DNA from: Planctomycetota bacterium
Lineage (GTDB): Bacteria; Planctomycetota; UBA1135; GCA-002686595
Reading direction: 5' to 3'
Length of the DNA: 64,000 nucleotides
NCBI GenBank assembly: GCA_044228955.1
Contig: JBGATY010000002.1
Span: 10,160 to 74,159, forward strand
Position 1 is the stretch's first letter. Each line of letters opens with the position of its first letter. Below the pieces are notes generated by a model. The model had not been told where the DNA came from and made no database searches. It saw nothing but the letters and a program-made list of their open reading frames with translations. This document shows positions 45,055-55,196 of the stretch, piece by piece. The translations under genes and the position numbers were made by a program.

Positions 45055-46485
45055 ATGCGCCTCCGTCTCCTCTCTCTCGCGTTGTGCGCGGCGGCCTCCA
45101 CCGCCTCCGCTCAGGTCCCGACCTTCGACGACGTCATCGTGGGGCAGGTCCCGCTCGACGCGGGAGGCACGGTGCCGCTCTTCACGGACATCTACCTGCC
45201 GAGCGGCTCGAGCGGGCCGACTCCGTGCGTCGTGTGGATTCACGGCGGAGGATGGGCGTCGGGTTCGCACGACGGCATGCCGACCGCCATCCTGCGTCTC
45301 CTCGACTCGGGCGTCGCCCTGGCGAGCGCGGGCTATCGACTCAGTGATCAGGCGATCTTTCCTGCGCAACTGCACGACGTGAAGGGGGTCATTCGGCACC
45401 TGCGCGCGAATGCAGCTCAGTACAACATCGACCCGACGCTCATCGCGGCCTGGGGAGCGAGCGCCGGCGGTCACCTCGCGGCACTGCTCGCGACGACCGC
45501 TGACGAGTCGGGATTCGAAGGCGATTCCGGCGGCAACACGCAGCATTCGAGTCGGATCGTCGCGGCGGTCGACTACTTCGGTCCGACCGACCTCTTGATG
45601 GCGAATCCGGACATCACCTATCCGCCGGGCAGCTACCTCGATCACGACGCGCCTTCCTCCTACATGTCACACCTCATCGGGTTCGACGGACCGGGTCAGG
45701 GAATCGGCGTGCTGCGCGGCAACCTGTTCAGTACGACGTCGCCGTTCCCCGAGAAGTTGGAGTTGGCGAGAGAAGCGAACCCGATCACGCACCTCTCGCA
45801 GTTCGATGCGCCGATCTTCATCGCGCACGGCCTCCTCGACACCATCATCCCAGTGGGCCAGAGCCGCCGCCTGCACCAGGCCTCCATCGCGGCGGGCTGC
45901 GAGTCCGTGCTGAAGATCGACCCGATCAGCGGACACGGCTCGCTCAGTTCGTCGACGTACGCGGCGTCGCGCGCTTTCCTGCTCTCCCACTTCGAATCAG
46001 GGTCGCAAGCGGCGGGCGTGGCGTACTGCTTCGGAGACCTGAGCAGTGCAGCTTGCCCCTGCGGGAACTACAGCGCCGCGAATGCCTACGAGGGTTGCGC
46101 CAACTCGAGTTCGCTTGGTGGACGCCTGCGTGCCCTGGGCAGCACGAGCCTCGCCAACGAGACGGTCACGCTCGTTGCTTCACGGATGACGGGCTCGACC
46201 TCCATCTACATCGGCAGCCTCGGCATGGAATCGGATGGCGCCGGAGCGGCTCTGAGCGATGGCTTGCGCTGCATTTCCGGCACGATCGTGCGCTACGGCA
46301 CGAAGGCGAACACGGGCGGCGCTTCGCAGTACCCAAACGCCGGCGACCTGCATCTCTCGCTGGTCGGCGGGATCGCCCCGGGCACGACGCACTACTTCCA
46401 AGCCCTCTACCGCGATAATTTCGAGTTCTGCCGGGAGTTGTCGTTCAACCTGACGAACGGCGTCGCGGTGACCTTCAGGCCCTGA
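45055..46485 (+). CDS. secreted alpha/beta-hydrolase (carboxylesterase-like) with shared C-terminal domain
   Basis: ATG at 45055 and a signal peptide. VWIHGGGW oxyanion motif and GASAGGH nucleophile elbow. The C-terminal 153 aa are homologous to the tails of the 11170 and 34521 proteins. Confidence 0.85.
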   Translation: MRLRLLSLALCAAASTASAQVPTFDDVIVGQVPLDAGGTVPLFTDIYLPSGSSGPTPCVVWIHGGGWASGSHDGMPTAILRLLDSGVALASAGYRLSDQAIFPAQLHDVKGVIRHLRANAAQYNIDPTLIAAWGASAGGHLAALLATTADESGFEGDSGGNTQHSSRIVAAVDYFGPTDLLMANPDITYPPGSYLDHDAPSSYMSHLIGFDGPGQGIGVLRGNLFSTTSPFPEKLELAREANPITHLSQFDAPIFIAHGLLDTIIPVGQSRRLHQASIAAGCESVLKIDPISGHGSLSSSTYAASRAFLLSHFESGSQAAGVAYCFGDLSSAACPCGNYSAANAYEGCANSSSLGGRLRALGSTSLANETVTLVASRMTGSTSIYIGSLGMESDGAGAALSDGLRCISGTIVRYGTKANTGGASQYPNAGDLHLSLVGGIAPGTTHYFQALYRDNFEFCRELSFNLTNGVAVTFRP

Positions 46486-46500
46486 TTCGAAGCAGCGAGA

Positions 46501-47175
46501 TCAGTTCGGCTCGTCCCAGCTCGCCCGGCCATCGCCGGTGATCGCGATCGACGGACCGAGCACGCGCGGGTCGGGTTCGAGGAGGCCGGCCTGCACGAAG
46601 GCCTTGGCGCGCGCTCCGATCTCACGCAGTTCGAACCAGTCGCTCGCGACGTAGCTGCGGCGATCGCAGGGCGCGCCTTCGACGTCGATGCCGAGCGCAG
46701 TGGCGGTGTAGAGCGCGCGCGGAAGGTGGAAACCCTGCGTGACGACGATCGCGCGCCCGACGCCGAAGATGCGCTTGGCGCGGGCCATCGTGTCGTACGT
46801 CGTGAAGCCGGCGTGGTCGCAGAACAGATCCTGTGGCGGCACGCCGCGATCGAGCAGCCAGCGGCGCATCGTGTTCGTCTCGTCGTAGTCGACCCGGCCG
46901 TGGTCGCCCGACAGCAGGATCTTCTCGATCCTGCGTTCGAGGTGCAGTTCCAGGGCTTGCTGAAGGCGATCCTGCAAGGCGTCCGAAGGCGTCCCGTCGG
47001 CCTTCACCGATGCGCCGAGGACGATCGCGACCGGGGCGACTCGGAGAGCGGCGATCGACGCGCGCTCACGGGTCCCTCCGAGGCGGAGCACCCACGCGTT
47101 CGCTCCGGCCACGCAGCACAGGGGCAGGACGAGGGCGAGGCCGGCCCATTTCAAGCGTCGTCGCAGCACGGTCAT
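46501..47175 (-). CDS. SanA/YdcF (DUF218) family protein
   Basis: N-terminal TM segment. ILGASVKADGTPSDALQDRL...LLSGDHG...YDETNTMRRWL. Confidence 0.8.
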   Translation of the reverse strand: MTVLRRRLKWAGLALVLPLCCVAGANAWVLRLGGTRERASIAALRVAPVAIVLGASVKADGTPSDALQDRLQQALELHLERRIEKILLSGDHGRVDYDETNTMRRWLLDRGVPPQDLFCDHAGFTTYDTMARAKRIFGVGRAIVVTQGFHLPRALYTATALGIDVEGAPCDRRSYVASDWFELREIGARAKAFVQAGLLEPDPRVLGPSIAITGDGRASWDEPN

Positions 47176-47269
47176 GGCGGTGAGGCGGAGCCTACTCCCG
47201 CCTGCTCGTGCGAAACATCACGAAATGGCCGTGGACGACCTTGGATTCCGTAGCTATGGTGGTTGCGCA

Positions 47270-47692
47270 ATGGCCTCCAACACCCGCTTTGCCGTAGCCG
47301 TCCACCTGCTGGTCGCGCTCGCCTTCCGCGGCGAAGCGGGCGCGACCAGCGAGGAACTCTCGCGCAGCGTCACGACCAACGCGGTCGTCGTGCGCCGGAT
47401 GCTCGGGCTCCTGAAGAAGGCCGGTCTCGTCAGCGGACGGGGGGGACGGAGCGGCGGCTACGCCCTGGCCCGCAAGCCAGAGCGCATCACCCTCGAGCAC
47501 GTTTTCCGCGCCGTCGAGCCGGAAGGCGTGCTGGCGTTGCACGAGAACCCGACGAACCAGGCCTGCGTCGTCAGTTGCCAGATCAAGGATCTCCTCGGCT
47601 CGGTCTTCGCCGATGCGCAGAAAGCGCTGGAGGCACGCTTGAAGAAGACGAGCGTCGCGGACCTCCTCGCCGAGACGCGGTCCCAGGCCTGA
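47270..47692 (+). CDS. Rrf2-family transcriptional regulator
   Basis: ATG at 47270. FAVAVHLLVALAFRGEAGATSEELSRSVTTNAVVVRRMLGLLKKAGLV wHTH. Confidence 0.85.
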   Translation: MASNTRFAVAVHLLVALAFRGEAGATSEELSRSVTTNAVVVRRMLGLLKKAGLVSGRGGRSGGYALARKPERITLEHVFRAVEPEGVLALHENPTNQACVVSCQIKDLLGSVFADAQKALEARLKKTSVADLLAETRSQA

Positions 47693-47772
47693 GGCCGCAT
47701 CCACCCTGAACCCCGTGTGTGGACGGTCGTTTATGTAACCAGAATAGTTGCGTAAAAGAGTCGATCATCCAC

Positions 47773-47904
47773 ATGTCCAAGCAAGTCACCCAGCGTCGTT
47801 TCCAAGGCAAGACCGCGGACGTCGTGCTGTACCTGACGAGCGATGATTCGTCCTACGTCCACGGAGCCTCGCTGCTCGTCGACGGCGGGATGAGCCGCCC
47901 GTGA
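47773..47904 (+). pseudogene. short-chain dehydrogenase remnant (in-frame internal collapse)
   Basis: 43 aa. An SDR N-terminus (F.GKTA) is joined directly to an SDR C-terminus (DVVLYLTSDDSSYVHGASLLVDGGM). About 200 aa of the Rossmann core are missing. Confidence 0.6.
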
Positions 47905-47955
47905 CCGGGAAGAAGAGCGCGGCGGCGTCGACGGACTCGACGGCGTCGCGCTCGC

Positions 47956-50160
47956 TCATTCGTTCGGGTAGCCGTCGGCGATCCAGGTGGGCAAGTGACT
48001 CAACGTCCTCGCCACGGATGCGTCGACGGGCACGTTCCAGAGCGCGAACCACGGCGTGAGATCGCGACCGGCGAGGCGCGACAGGCGCGTCAGCCACTGC
48101 GTGCGCTTGGCCATGTCCGAGCGCGGTCGCTCGGCAGCGGCCAGGCCCGCTTCCTCGGCGAAAAACGCCTGAAACGGCTTCCAGCCGAACGCGCGTTTCA
48201 TCTCGAGGAAGAAGCCCAGGGCGAGGAACGGATCGCGCTTCCAATCCTCGTACTTCGCTCCTGCCTTCTTGTACGCGTCGAAGCGCTTGCGGCACTCGGC
48301 GACGGAAGTGCGCTCATCCTCGGCCTTCACGACCGTGTCGAGCACGTAGACGGCGAACAGGTTGTTCGTGACCTCGCCGGTGCCTTCGAACGTCCACTCG
48401 CTCTCCTGATGGTTGTGACCCATCTCGTGGTAGAAGCCCCAGCCGCACCCGCCCTCGTTCTTCCTGAGCTTCCCGAGATCGACGAACGTCGCCGCGACGT
48501 CGAGGTGCGTCATGATCGGGTAGCCGGAGTGCATGTAGCCCGCGCTGATCTGCTCGTCGGCAACGTAGCGCTCCGGCCGCGGCCGATCGTGCGCGAGGCC
48601 GCCGAGATCGGCGCAGGCGTCGAGCACCCGATCCCAGAACTCCATCAGCGCCGCCGGATCGTCGAGCTCGCGCACGACGCTCGAGGGCAGCGTCAGGATC
48701 ACCTTGCGCGTTTCGAGTTCCGCCCACGGCGCGGGCAGCGAGCGAATCCTGGTCTTCCATTCAGCCGCGTCGGTGGAACCAAGTACGAAGCGAGGAGCCT
48801 CGACGGCATTTTTCACCGTGAGCTCGAGCCGCTCGGGCTTCTTCTCGTCTCCGCTCGGCACGACGACGTACACGAGCCCGCCGAAAGGGGAGGCGACGCG
48901 CGTCCTCGGCACGGCGAAGGGAGCCCCGACGACGACGCGCGGGCAGCGTTTCCACTCGTTCGCGTCGGTCAAATCGTCGGTATGCGCGCCGATCTGGATC
49001 GCGAAGCCTCCTGCCAAGGCGTTCACCTGGGACTCGACCTCGAGCACCTCCCCGGGTGCCGCGTACAGGCCGGTCGAGTGCCAGCCGGGGACACGCGTGT
49101 CGATCGACACGGTCCTCGTCACGCGGCGAACGCCCCTTGGGACCGGGCCGGGGAACACTTCGCCGGCCGGATGCGCGCGACACGCGTCCGGTTCGGCCGC
49201 CAGGGCGTCCTCGAGTTCGATGGCCAGGGCGAGACGAGCGAGCGTTCCATCGTCCTTCACCGGCGCCTTCGCGCTCGGCACGACGGCTTTCGCCTTCGCG
49301 CACAGCTTCGCGAGCCGGGGACGCAGTCGCTCGTCGTCTTTGGGCAAGACCGTCAGAGGCGCGAGGATGCTCCAGCGCGCCTGCGCCGCCCGCGCCCGCG
49401 GCCATTTCGCGGTTTCGGGCTCCTGCAGCAGCAGGTCGAGGGCGCGGGAGGCGTGCGCGAGTTCGGACACGTCCGTCACGACGAACGCACCCTTCGCCGT
49501 CTCGTCCAGCGTGCCGTCGACCCAAGCGATCCCGGCCTTCGCGAGCAGCGCGTTTCCCGCACCTCCGCCCGAGAGAGCCTGTCCCGGATGCAATTGCAGC
49601 CAGCCCCACGGCGTCTCGGCGACGAGGAGCCCGCCGCCGCGCTCGACGAATTCCACTACATTTGCCTCGTCGCCGGCGTTGCCTCGGTCGCACTCGAACC
49701 AGAAAAGCACGTCGACGCCGGCGAGATCGCCCACCGATTTCGCGGAACGCGCCTCGAAGCCCTGCTCGCCCAGGAACGACGTGAAGTCTTCCGGGCCGCC
49801 GGCGACGCGCACCCGTAGTGCTCGCTTCGGCTCCCGCGCCGACCAACGCACGCAGTTCGAGACGAAGCGCGGGCCGTCGAGCTTCGAGAGCACCTCGCGC
49901 GAGAAGTACCCGCTGTGCGCGAACGCGACGATGCGGCCCGACCCGAGTTCGGCAGCCGCGACGAGCGGAGCCTGGACGTCCTTCGCCACCCCGCCGACCA
50001 CGACCGGGAACGCGTTGTCGCCGAACACCGCGACGATTCCAGGCGTCCCGGCCCGGGCGATCGAATGCACGCCGTCGACGAGCGCTGCACGCGGATTCTC
50101 TCCGGCGAAGGCGGGGGAGGAGAGCAGGGCCAGGAACAGGATGCGAGCAAGGGGCAGCAT
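47956..50160 (-). CDS. secreted M60-like (enhancin/TCAF-like) zinc metallopeptidase
   Basis: ATG at 50160 with signal MLPLARILFLALLSSPAFA. HEMGHNHQ...E zincin motif in the C-terminal half. The track ORF start at 50430 is an upstream extension. Confidence 0.75.
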   Translation of the reverse strand: MLPLARILFLALLSSPAFAGENPRAALVDGVHSIARAGTPGIVAVFGDNAFPVVVGGVAKDVQAPLVAAAELGSGRIVAFAHSGYFSREVLSKLDGPRFVSNCVRWSAREPKRALRVRVAGGPEDFTSFLGEQGFEARSAKSVGDLAGVDVLFWFECDRGNAGDEANVVEFVERGGGLLVAETPWGWLQLHPGQALSGGGAGNALLAKAGIAWVDGTLDETAKGAFVVTDVSELAHASRALDLLLQEPETAKWPRARAAQARWSILAPLTVLPKDDERLRPRLAKLCAKAKAVVPSAKAPVKDDGTLARLALAIELEDALAAEPDACRAHPAGEVFPGPVPRGVRRVTRTVSIDTRVPGWHSTGLYAAPGEVLEVESQVNALAGGFAIQIGAHTDDLTDANEWKRCPRVVVGAPFAVPRTRVASPFGGLVYVVVPSGDEKKPERLELTVKNAVEAPRFVLGSTDAAEWKTRIRSLPAPWAELETRKVILTLPSSVVRELDDPAALMEFWDRVLDACADLGGLAHDRPRPERYVADEQISAGYMHSGYPIMTHLDVAATFVDLGKLRKNEGGCGWGFYHEMGHNHQESEWTFEGTGEVTNNLFAVYVLDTVVKAEDERTSVAECRKRFDAYKKAGAKYEDWKRDPFLALGFFLEMKRAFGWKPFQAFFAEEAGLAAAERPRSDMAKRTQWLTRLSRLAGRDLTPWFALWNVPVDASVARTLSHLPTWIADGYPNE

Positions 50161-50572
50161 GCCCTGCTTATACCCAGGGTCGGGAAAGCAAGCCGCGCGG
50201 AACTCCCTCCGCGCGGCCGACTCCCTCGACTCTCTCTCGGTCGCTCTCTCGCGAATCGGGCGACACGAGCTTCTCCTGGCCGTCGTGTCGCGCGCCCACT
50301 CGGAGGCGACCGCGGACGAGACGCCACGGGGACGGAGGAGGCGAGCTCTCCGACATGACGAAGCGAGGTCGACCGGGGTCGCGATTCGGGCAGGGACCCG
50401 GCTCCACGCGCGATTCGAGGCGAATGGCACGTACAGACGGGCTCAGGGGCGTCATGTCCGCCGGCTGCGCCAGGTGGACAGGAATCCCGGACTTTTCCGA
50501 GTTTCCCCGAGCGCCCACCACGGCTTGAATCCACGCTCACTCACCCGGCGAATGCTCACCGGGGAACCAACC

Positions 50573-51625
50573 ATGATCGCAGCGCAGATTCTCGCCTGGA
50601 CCGCCCTTCTCGGTGCTTCGACCGGGATCGCCATGGAGCCGCGCCGCGTCGAGTGGACCGACGTCGACGCTCGAGTCTTCCCGGCCAAGTGGATTCTGCC
50701 GCCCGAACTGTGGCGTCCGTCCGATCCGGCTTCGAACCTGCCCGAACTCTGGCGCGAGAGGGTGGAGGCACGCTTCGACGCCCCCGAGGACGCGCGTTGG
50801 ATGGCAAGCGTGGGAGACATCGCGCTCGAACACCGTCGGCGTGGCGGCACTCGTGCCGCGCTTGACGGGATGCTCGCGCAGTTGAAGTCTCTACGGCCGA
50901 AGACCCACGAGCTCGTCGCGGGCGTGTTGTCGGAAGTGCTCGTCTCCGACGCCCTGCGCGGCAAGAAGTGGGAACCCGAGGACGACTTGCGGGACGACGG
51001 CGTGTTCTTCGGTCCCTTCCTCGAGCGCAACAAGACGAACGTACAGCCGTGGGCCGATCAGAAAGGCACCACGCACTTCCATCAGGCGATCACGTTCGTG
51101 CACGCCGATCTCGACGCCATCGTCGAGGCGCTGCACGACTACGCCGCGACGATCGAGGACCCCGGGACGAGCTACGAGAAGCTGGCGCCGCGCGCCGATT
51201 CGATCGTGTTCGGGGACGACGAGGGGCGCGGACCCTTCGCCGCGCTGCGCCTCTCGATTCGATCGGATCTGCCCTTTCCGTTCAGCCACTACGATCTCGA
51301 CCTCGGCATCCTGCACCGTCTCGACGAGCGGAAGCACCTGCAGACGTTCGTCTTCAGTCCGAGCAACGACTTCTATTGGCTCGCCGGCCAGGACTTCCAC
51401 TACCCGGTGCGCGCGTCGACGGGCGAGTGGGTCGGGACGCTGATCGTCCGGCTCTCGGGATTCGATCTGCGCGGTGTTCCCGACGACGACGACGCGCGCA
51501 AGTCGGGGACGCGCGGCGCGCTCGGCAACATCCGCCGTCGAGCCGAAGCCGCCTTCGCCGCCTCCGGTGGGAAAGAGCGCACGGTGGACGGATCGATCCA
51601 GAAGTTGCGGGTGACGGCGAAGTGA
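50573..51625 (+). CDS. secreted hypothetical protein
   Basis: ATG at 50573 and a signal-like N-terminus. Strong GC3 bias. Only the last 350 codons of the 973-aa track ORF are credible; the rest is antisense to the M60 gene. Confidence 0.55.
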   Translation: MIAAQILAWTALLGASTGIAMEPRRVEWTDVDARVFPAKWILPPELWRPSDPASNLPELWRERVEARFDAPEDARWMASVGDIALEHRRRGGTRAALDGMLAQLKSLRPKTHELVAGVLSEVLVSDALRGKKWEPEDDLRDDGVFFGPFLERNKTNVQPWADQKGTTHFHQAITFVHADLDAIVEALHDYAATIEDPGTSYEKLAPRADSIVFGDDEGRGPFAALRLSIRSDLPFPFSHYDLDLGILHRLDERKHLQTFVFSPSNDFYWLAGQDFHYPVRASTGEWVGTLIVRLSGFDLRGVPDDDDARKSGTRGALGNIRRRAEAAFAASGGKERTVDGSIQKLRVTAK

Positions 51626-51639
51626 ACGCCCGCGGCAAG

Positions 51640-52401
51640 ATGCCCGTGATCTTCGCGGCTCACGGAGCGCCGATCCTGCTCGACGACGCGGTCTGGATGA
51701 AGCAGCTCGCGGATTGGGCGCAAGCGCTGCCGAAGCCGCGCAGCGTGCTCGTGGTCTCCGCGCACTGGGAGGAGCGGCCGACGACGCTCGGCGCCGTGCG
51801 CACGGTCCCGCTCGTGTACGACTTCCACGGTTTTCCCGAGCGCTACTACCAGACCCAGTACCGTTCGCCCGGCGCGCCGGAGTTGGCGCGAGCCGTGCGT
51901 ACCGCCCTGGACTCGGTCGGCATCGCCCACCGCGACGATCCCGACCGCGGCCTCGATCACGGCGCATACGTTCCGCTCGTGGCCATGTATCCGAACGCCG
52001 ACGTGCCCGTCCTGCAGATCTCGATGCCCGTGCTCGACGAGCGCGAGCTGTCCGAACTGGGGCGTGCGCTCGCGCCGCTGCGTGAGGAGGGCGTGCTCTT
52101 GTTCGGGAGCGGTTTCCTGACCCACAACATGCGCTACGCGTTCCGGCCTGGAATTCCCGCTTGGGCGCGTGAGTTCGACCAGTGGGCCAAGGACGCGCTC
52201 GACCGTTTCGACGTGGACGAGCTGATGGACTTTCGCTCGAAGGCGCCAGCGGCGGAGATCGCGCTGCCGACCTGGGAGCACTACGCGCCCGTCCTGTTCG
52301 CAGCGGGCGCAGCGTCGACGTCCAAGCCCCGCGTGACGTTCCCCATCGAGGGCTACTGGATGGACGGCGCGTTCACGAAGAGATCGGTGCAGTTCGACTG
52401 A
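51640..52401 (+). CDS. class III extradiol dioxygenase (LigB/YgiD, 4,5-DOPA-dioxygenase-like)
   Basis: PVIFAAHGAPILL, LVVSAHWE, VYDFHGFPERYY, GLDHGAYVPL and DVPVLQISM motifs. Confidence 0.85.
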   Translation: MPVIFAAHGAPILLDDAVWMKQLADWAQALPKPRSVLVVSAHWEERPTTLGAVRTVPLVYDFHGFPERYYQTQYRSPGAPELARAVRTALDSVGIAHRDDPDRGLDHGAYVPLVAMYPNADVPVLQISMPVLDERELSELGRALAPLREEGVLLFGSGFLTHNMRYAFRPGIPAWAREFDQWAKDALDRFDVDELMDFRSKAPAAEIALPTWEHYAPVLFAAGAASTSKPRVTFPIEGYWMDGAFTKRSVQFD

Positions 52402-52687
52402 TTCGGCGACCGTCGAATCACGAAGCCAGCGCAATTTCATCACGGCTGCCCACTGTGTCCCGGAATCCGGCAACTAAAGCCTCACGGGGATGACGTCGCT
52501 TTGCGCCCCAGTTGGTCTGGCAGGCGGGACGCGCGCTCGAACGACGCGGGGCTGCCGGGTGGTGACACGAGCACGCTGTGTGGCGCTCGAAGGAGACTCT
52601 ATACTCGCCGATTCACGCTCGCCTCCGCGGTGCGCGCCGGCCTGCGGTCGGTTCAGCCAGGAACCGCGGGCGACTCGCACCCCCGCA

Positions 52688-53917
52688 ATGCCCGAGCCTT
52701 CGAAACTTGCAGAGCGACTGGGCAGGATCAGCGAGATCGCCGATCTGCACGCCTACTTGAAGGAACTGCGCACCAACGAGCCGGTGGCGTGGTGCGCGGC
52801 GCGCCAATGCTGGGTCGTCACCAGCCACGCGCTCGTGCAGGCCGCGCTCGAGGATGAGCGCCTCAGCAACCGCAGGACGGCGGTCATCGTCCGCTCGCAA
52901 CTGCCCGAGGACCGTTGGGCGCTCGCCGCCGATTTCGAGCGCATCATGAGCAGCATGATGCTCATGCACGATGGCGAGGCGCATCATCGCCTCCGCTCAC
53001 ATGGCAACCGGGGCCTTGCGCCACACACCCTGGAACGCATGCGCGGCACCGTCGAACAGATCGCGAAGGAGCTGCTCGACAAGTGCATCGAACAGGGCGA
53101 ATTCGACTTCGTGGCCGAGTTCACGCAGCCCTTTCCAGCGCGTGTGATCGCCGCCCTGTTCCATCTGCCGCGGGATGATCGAGACGTGTTCCAAGCGCCC
53201 TCGGAGGCGATCGCGCGCTTCTTCGGCGGCACGCTTCGCGACCCCGTGGCCGACGCCTCCGCGGCGAACCGCGCGGCGCTCGAGTTGGAGGCGTTTTTCC
53301 ACGAGCTGCTGTCACAGCGCAAGGTCCACCCCGGCGACGATCTGATGAGCCTGTTCCTGAATGCCCAGCGCGAACACCAGCTCACGGATGCCGAGATCTG
53401 CGCTCAGTGCATCGTGCTCCTGGCCGGTGGGCACGTCACGACCAAGAACCAGCTCGCCAACGCCGTCCACGCGCTCTTGTCCACCCCAGGTTCCTACCCA
53501 CGGCTCTGCGCTCAGCCGGATCTGGCGGAACGAGCGACTGCGGAGAGCCTGCGGTTCGACAGTTCCGTGCCCTTCGTCTTCCGCTTGGCCGCCGTGGACC
53601 TCGAACTCGGAGGCCAGCACGTGCGCGCGGGCCAGCTGGTGCTCCTCGGGTTGACCGCGGCCAATCGCGATCCCGCCGTGTTCAAAGACCCCGACCAGTT
53701 CGACCTTGGCCGGCCCGCGAGCCAACGCCACCTGAGCTTCGGTCAAGGTCCGCATTACTGCATCGGAGCGGGCCTGGCGCGCATGGAACTCGAGGTGGCG
53801 CTCTCCGCGCTCGCTCGCGGCATGCCGGGCTTGCGTCTCGATCCAGCGCGTCCGTCCCGGCGCTGGTGCGAGAGCCTGGTCTTCCGCGGGTTCGAGTCCC
53901 TGCCGCTACTATGCTGA
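52688..53917 (+). CDS. cytochrome P450
   Basis: ATG at 52688. ExxR (ESLRF) and haem loop FGQGPHYCIGAGLAR. Confidence 0.9.
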   Translation: MPEPSKLAERLGRISEIADLHAYLKELRTNEPVAWCAARQCWVVTSHALVQAALEDERLSNRRTAVIVRSQLPEDRWALAADFERIMSSMMLMHDGEAHHRLRSHGNRGLAPHTLERMRGTVEQIAKELLDKCIEQGEFDFVAEFTQPFPARVIAALFHLPRDDRDVFQAPSEAIARFFGGTLRDPVADASAANRAALELEAFFHELLSQRKVHPGDDLMSLFLNAQREHQLTDAEICAQCIVLLAGGHVTTKNQLANAVHALLSTPGSYPRLCAQPDLAERATAESLRFDSSVPFVFRLAAVDLELGGQHVRAGQLVLLGLTAANRDPAVFKDPDQFDLGRPASQRHLSFGQGPHYCIGAGLARMELEVALSALARGMPGLRLDPARPSRRWCESLVFRGFESLPLLC

Positions 53918-53963
53918 GGTCGGCCTGCCGAGCGTCGGCCTCGAACTGGATCTCTCTTGCGGT

Positions 53964-55196
53964 GTGACGAGGAACATGGCGCCGACCAGTGAACTGCATT
54001 CGCGCGGGAATCTGCACCGGCTGCTGGCGGTCGCGGCGGTGGCACAGATTCTGCCGCTCTCCCTGTTCGCCAAGCACGCGCTGGAGAGCGGTGCAGGCAA
54101 CCTTCTGGCGGTCAGTGTCGTGTCCATCGTCCTGGCGCTGCTGGGCGCGTGGGCGGCCTGGAAGTGCTGCGCGTGGGCGGGTTGGCCGGTCCTGACCTCC
54201 GCAAGCTGGACCGGCACCGTCGGGTTCTTTGGCGCCACCGCCGACCACAGCCCCGCGTGGTGGTCGGTCGTCCTGCTCGCGACACTTGTCCTCGTGCTGG
54301 GCGTTCTGGCACCAGCGCCGAGGCTCGCGCGGATCACATGGCCGATTCGAATCTTCTGCGCGTCGGTCGTCTTGCTCACGCGCTACGTTGCCTTCTGGGG
54401 TCTCCTCTTCCCTGGCGGGTTGGGCATCGAGTTGCCGGGGTTCGCCAAGGGGTTCAACGACGCGATGCCCTTCGTGCCCGTGATCCCGCTGTTGCACGCC
54501 CGCTTCATCGGCGCGCTGTATCTGGGCGCGACCGTGATCTGTGTCTGGCACGTGTTCGCGCGGAGCTGGGCGGTGGCGCGATTGCTCCAGATGCTGATCT
54601 TCCTGTGGACGTTTTGCCTGCTCATCGTCACACTCCTGCACCTCGACGCCTTCGATTGGGAGAGGTCGAGCACCTGGCTCTGGTTCGTGGCCTACCTGGC
54701 GTTCCCGACGATCTCCATCTGGATCTGGAGACGCGTGGACCTCGAACCCGATGCGGATCCGACTGCGCTGCCGGCCTTTGGGCGAGCCGTGCTGTATGCA
54801 CAGGGCGTGGGACTCCTGCTGCTCTCGCTGCTCGGGCTCCTCGCCGTGCAAGTCCTGACCCGCATCTGGCCCTGGTCGCTTCCGGATCTGCTCGCGCAGA
54901 TCTACAGCGCGCCTTTCGCCGCCTTCGGTATCGGGAGTTGCCTCGCGGCGAGTTGCCGCGGCACGAGGCGTCGCGCGGTCGTGCCCTTCTGTGCGGCCAC
55001 GTTCGCGATGGCAGCGGGTTCACTGGTCGCCTCGCTGATCCACCGCGACAAGTTCGCGCCGGGCAGCACGAGCAGCTCGGTCTGGTTCGTCGGCCTGGGC
55101 CTGGTCGCCGTGGCGAGCCTGGCCTTGATCGGTTTTCTCTTCGTCCGCTTCCGCGCTGATTCGGAGCGTCCACGCTCCGGTCACGTGCATCCGTGA
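53964..55196 (+). CDS. polytopic membrane protein of unknown function
   Basis: ~10 hydrophobic helices. 47 nt downstream of the P450 on the same strand. No family recognised. Confidence 0.6.
   Translation: MTRNMAPTSELHSRGNLHRLLAVAAVAQILPLSLFAKHALESGAGNLLAVSVVSIVLALLGAWAAWKCCAWAGWPVLTSASWTGTVGFFGATADHSPAWWSVVLLATLVLVLGVLAPAPRLARITWPIRIFCASVVLLTRYVAFWGLLFPGGLGIELPGFAKGFNDAMPFVPVIPLLHARFIGALYLGATVICVWHVFARSWAVARLLQMLIFLWTFCLLIVTLLHLDAFDWERSSTWLWFVAYLAFPTISIWIWRRVDLEPDADPTALPAFGRAVLYAQGVGLLLLSLLGLLAVQVLTRIWPWSLPDLLAQIYSAPFAAFGIGSCLAASCRGTRRRAVVPFCAATFAMAAGSLVASLIHRDKFAPGSTSSSVWFVGLGLVAVASLALIGFLFVRFRADSERPRSGHVHP

Noticed and set aside
48704-50572. N-terminal 620 codons of the 973-aa plus-strand ORF
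   Set aside because: It is antisense to the M60-like peptidase gene and has Ser/Ala/Arg-rich composition. A credible signal-bearing start occurs only at 50573.
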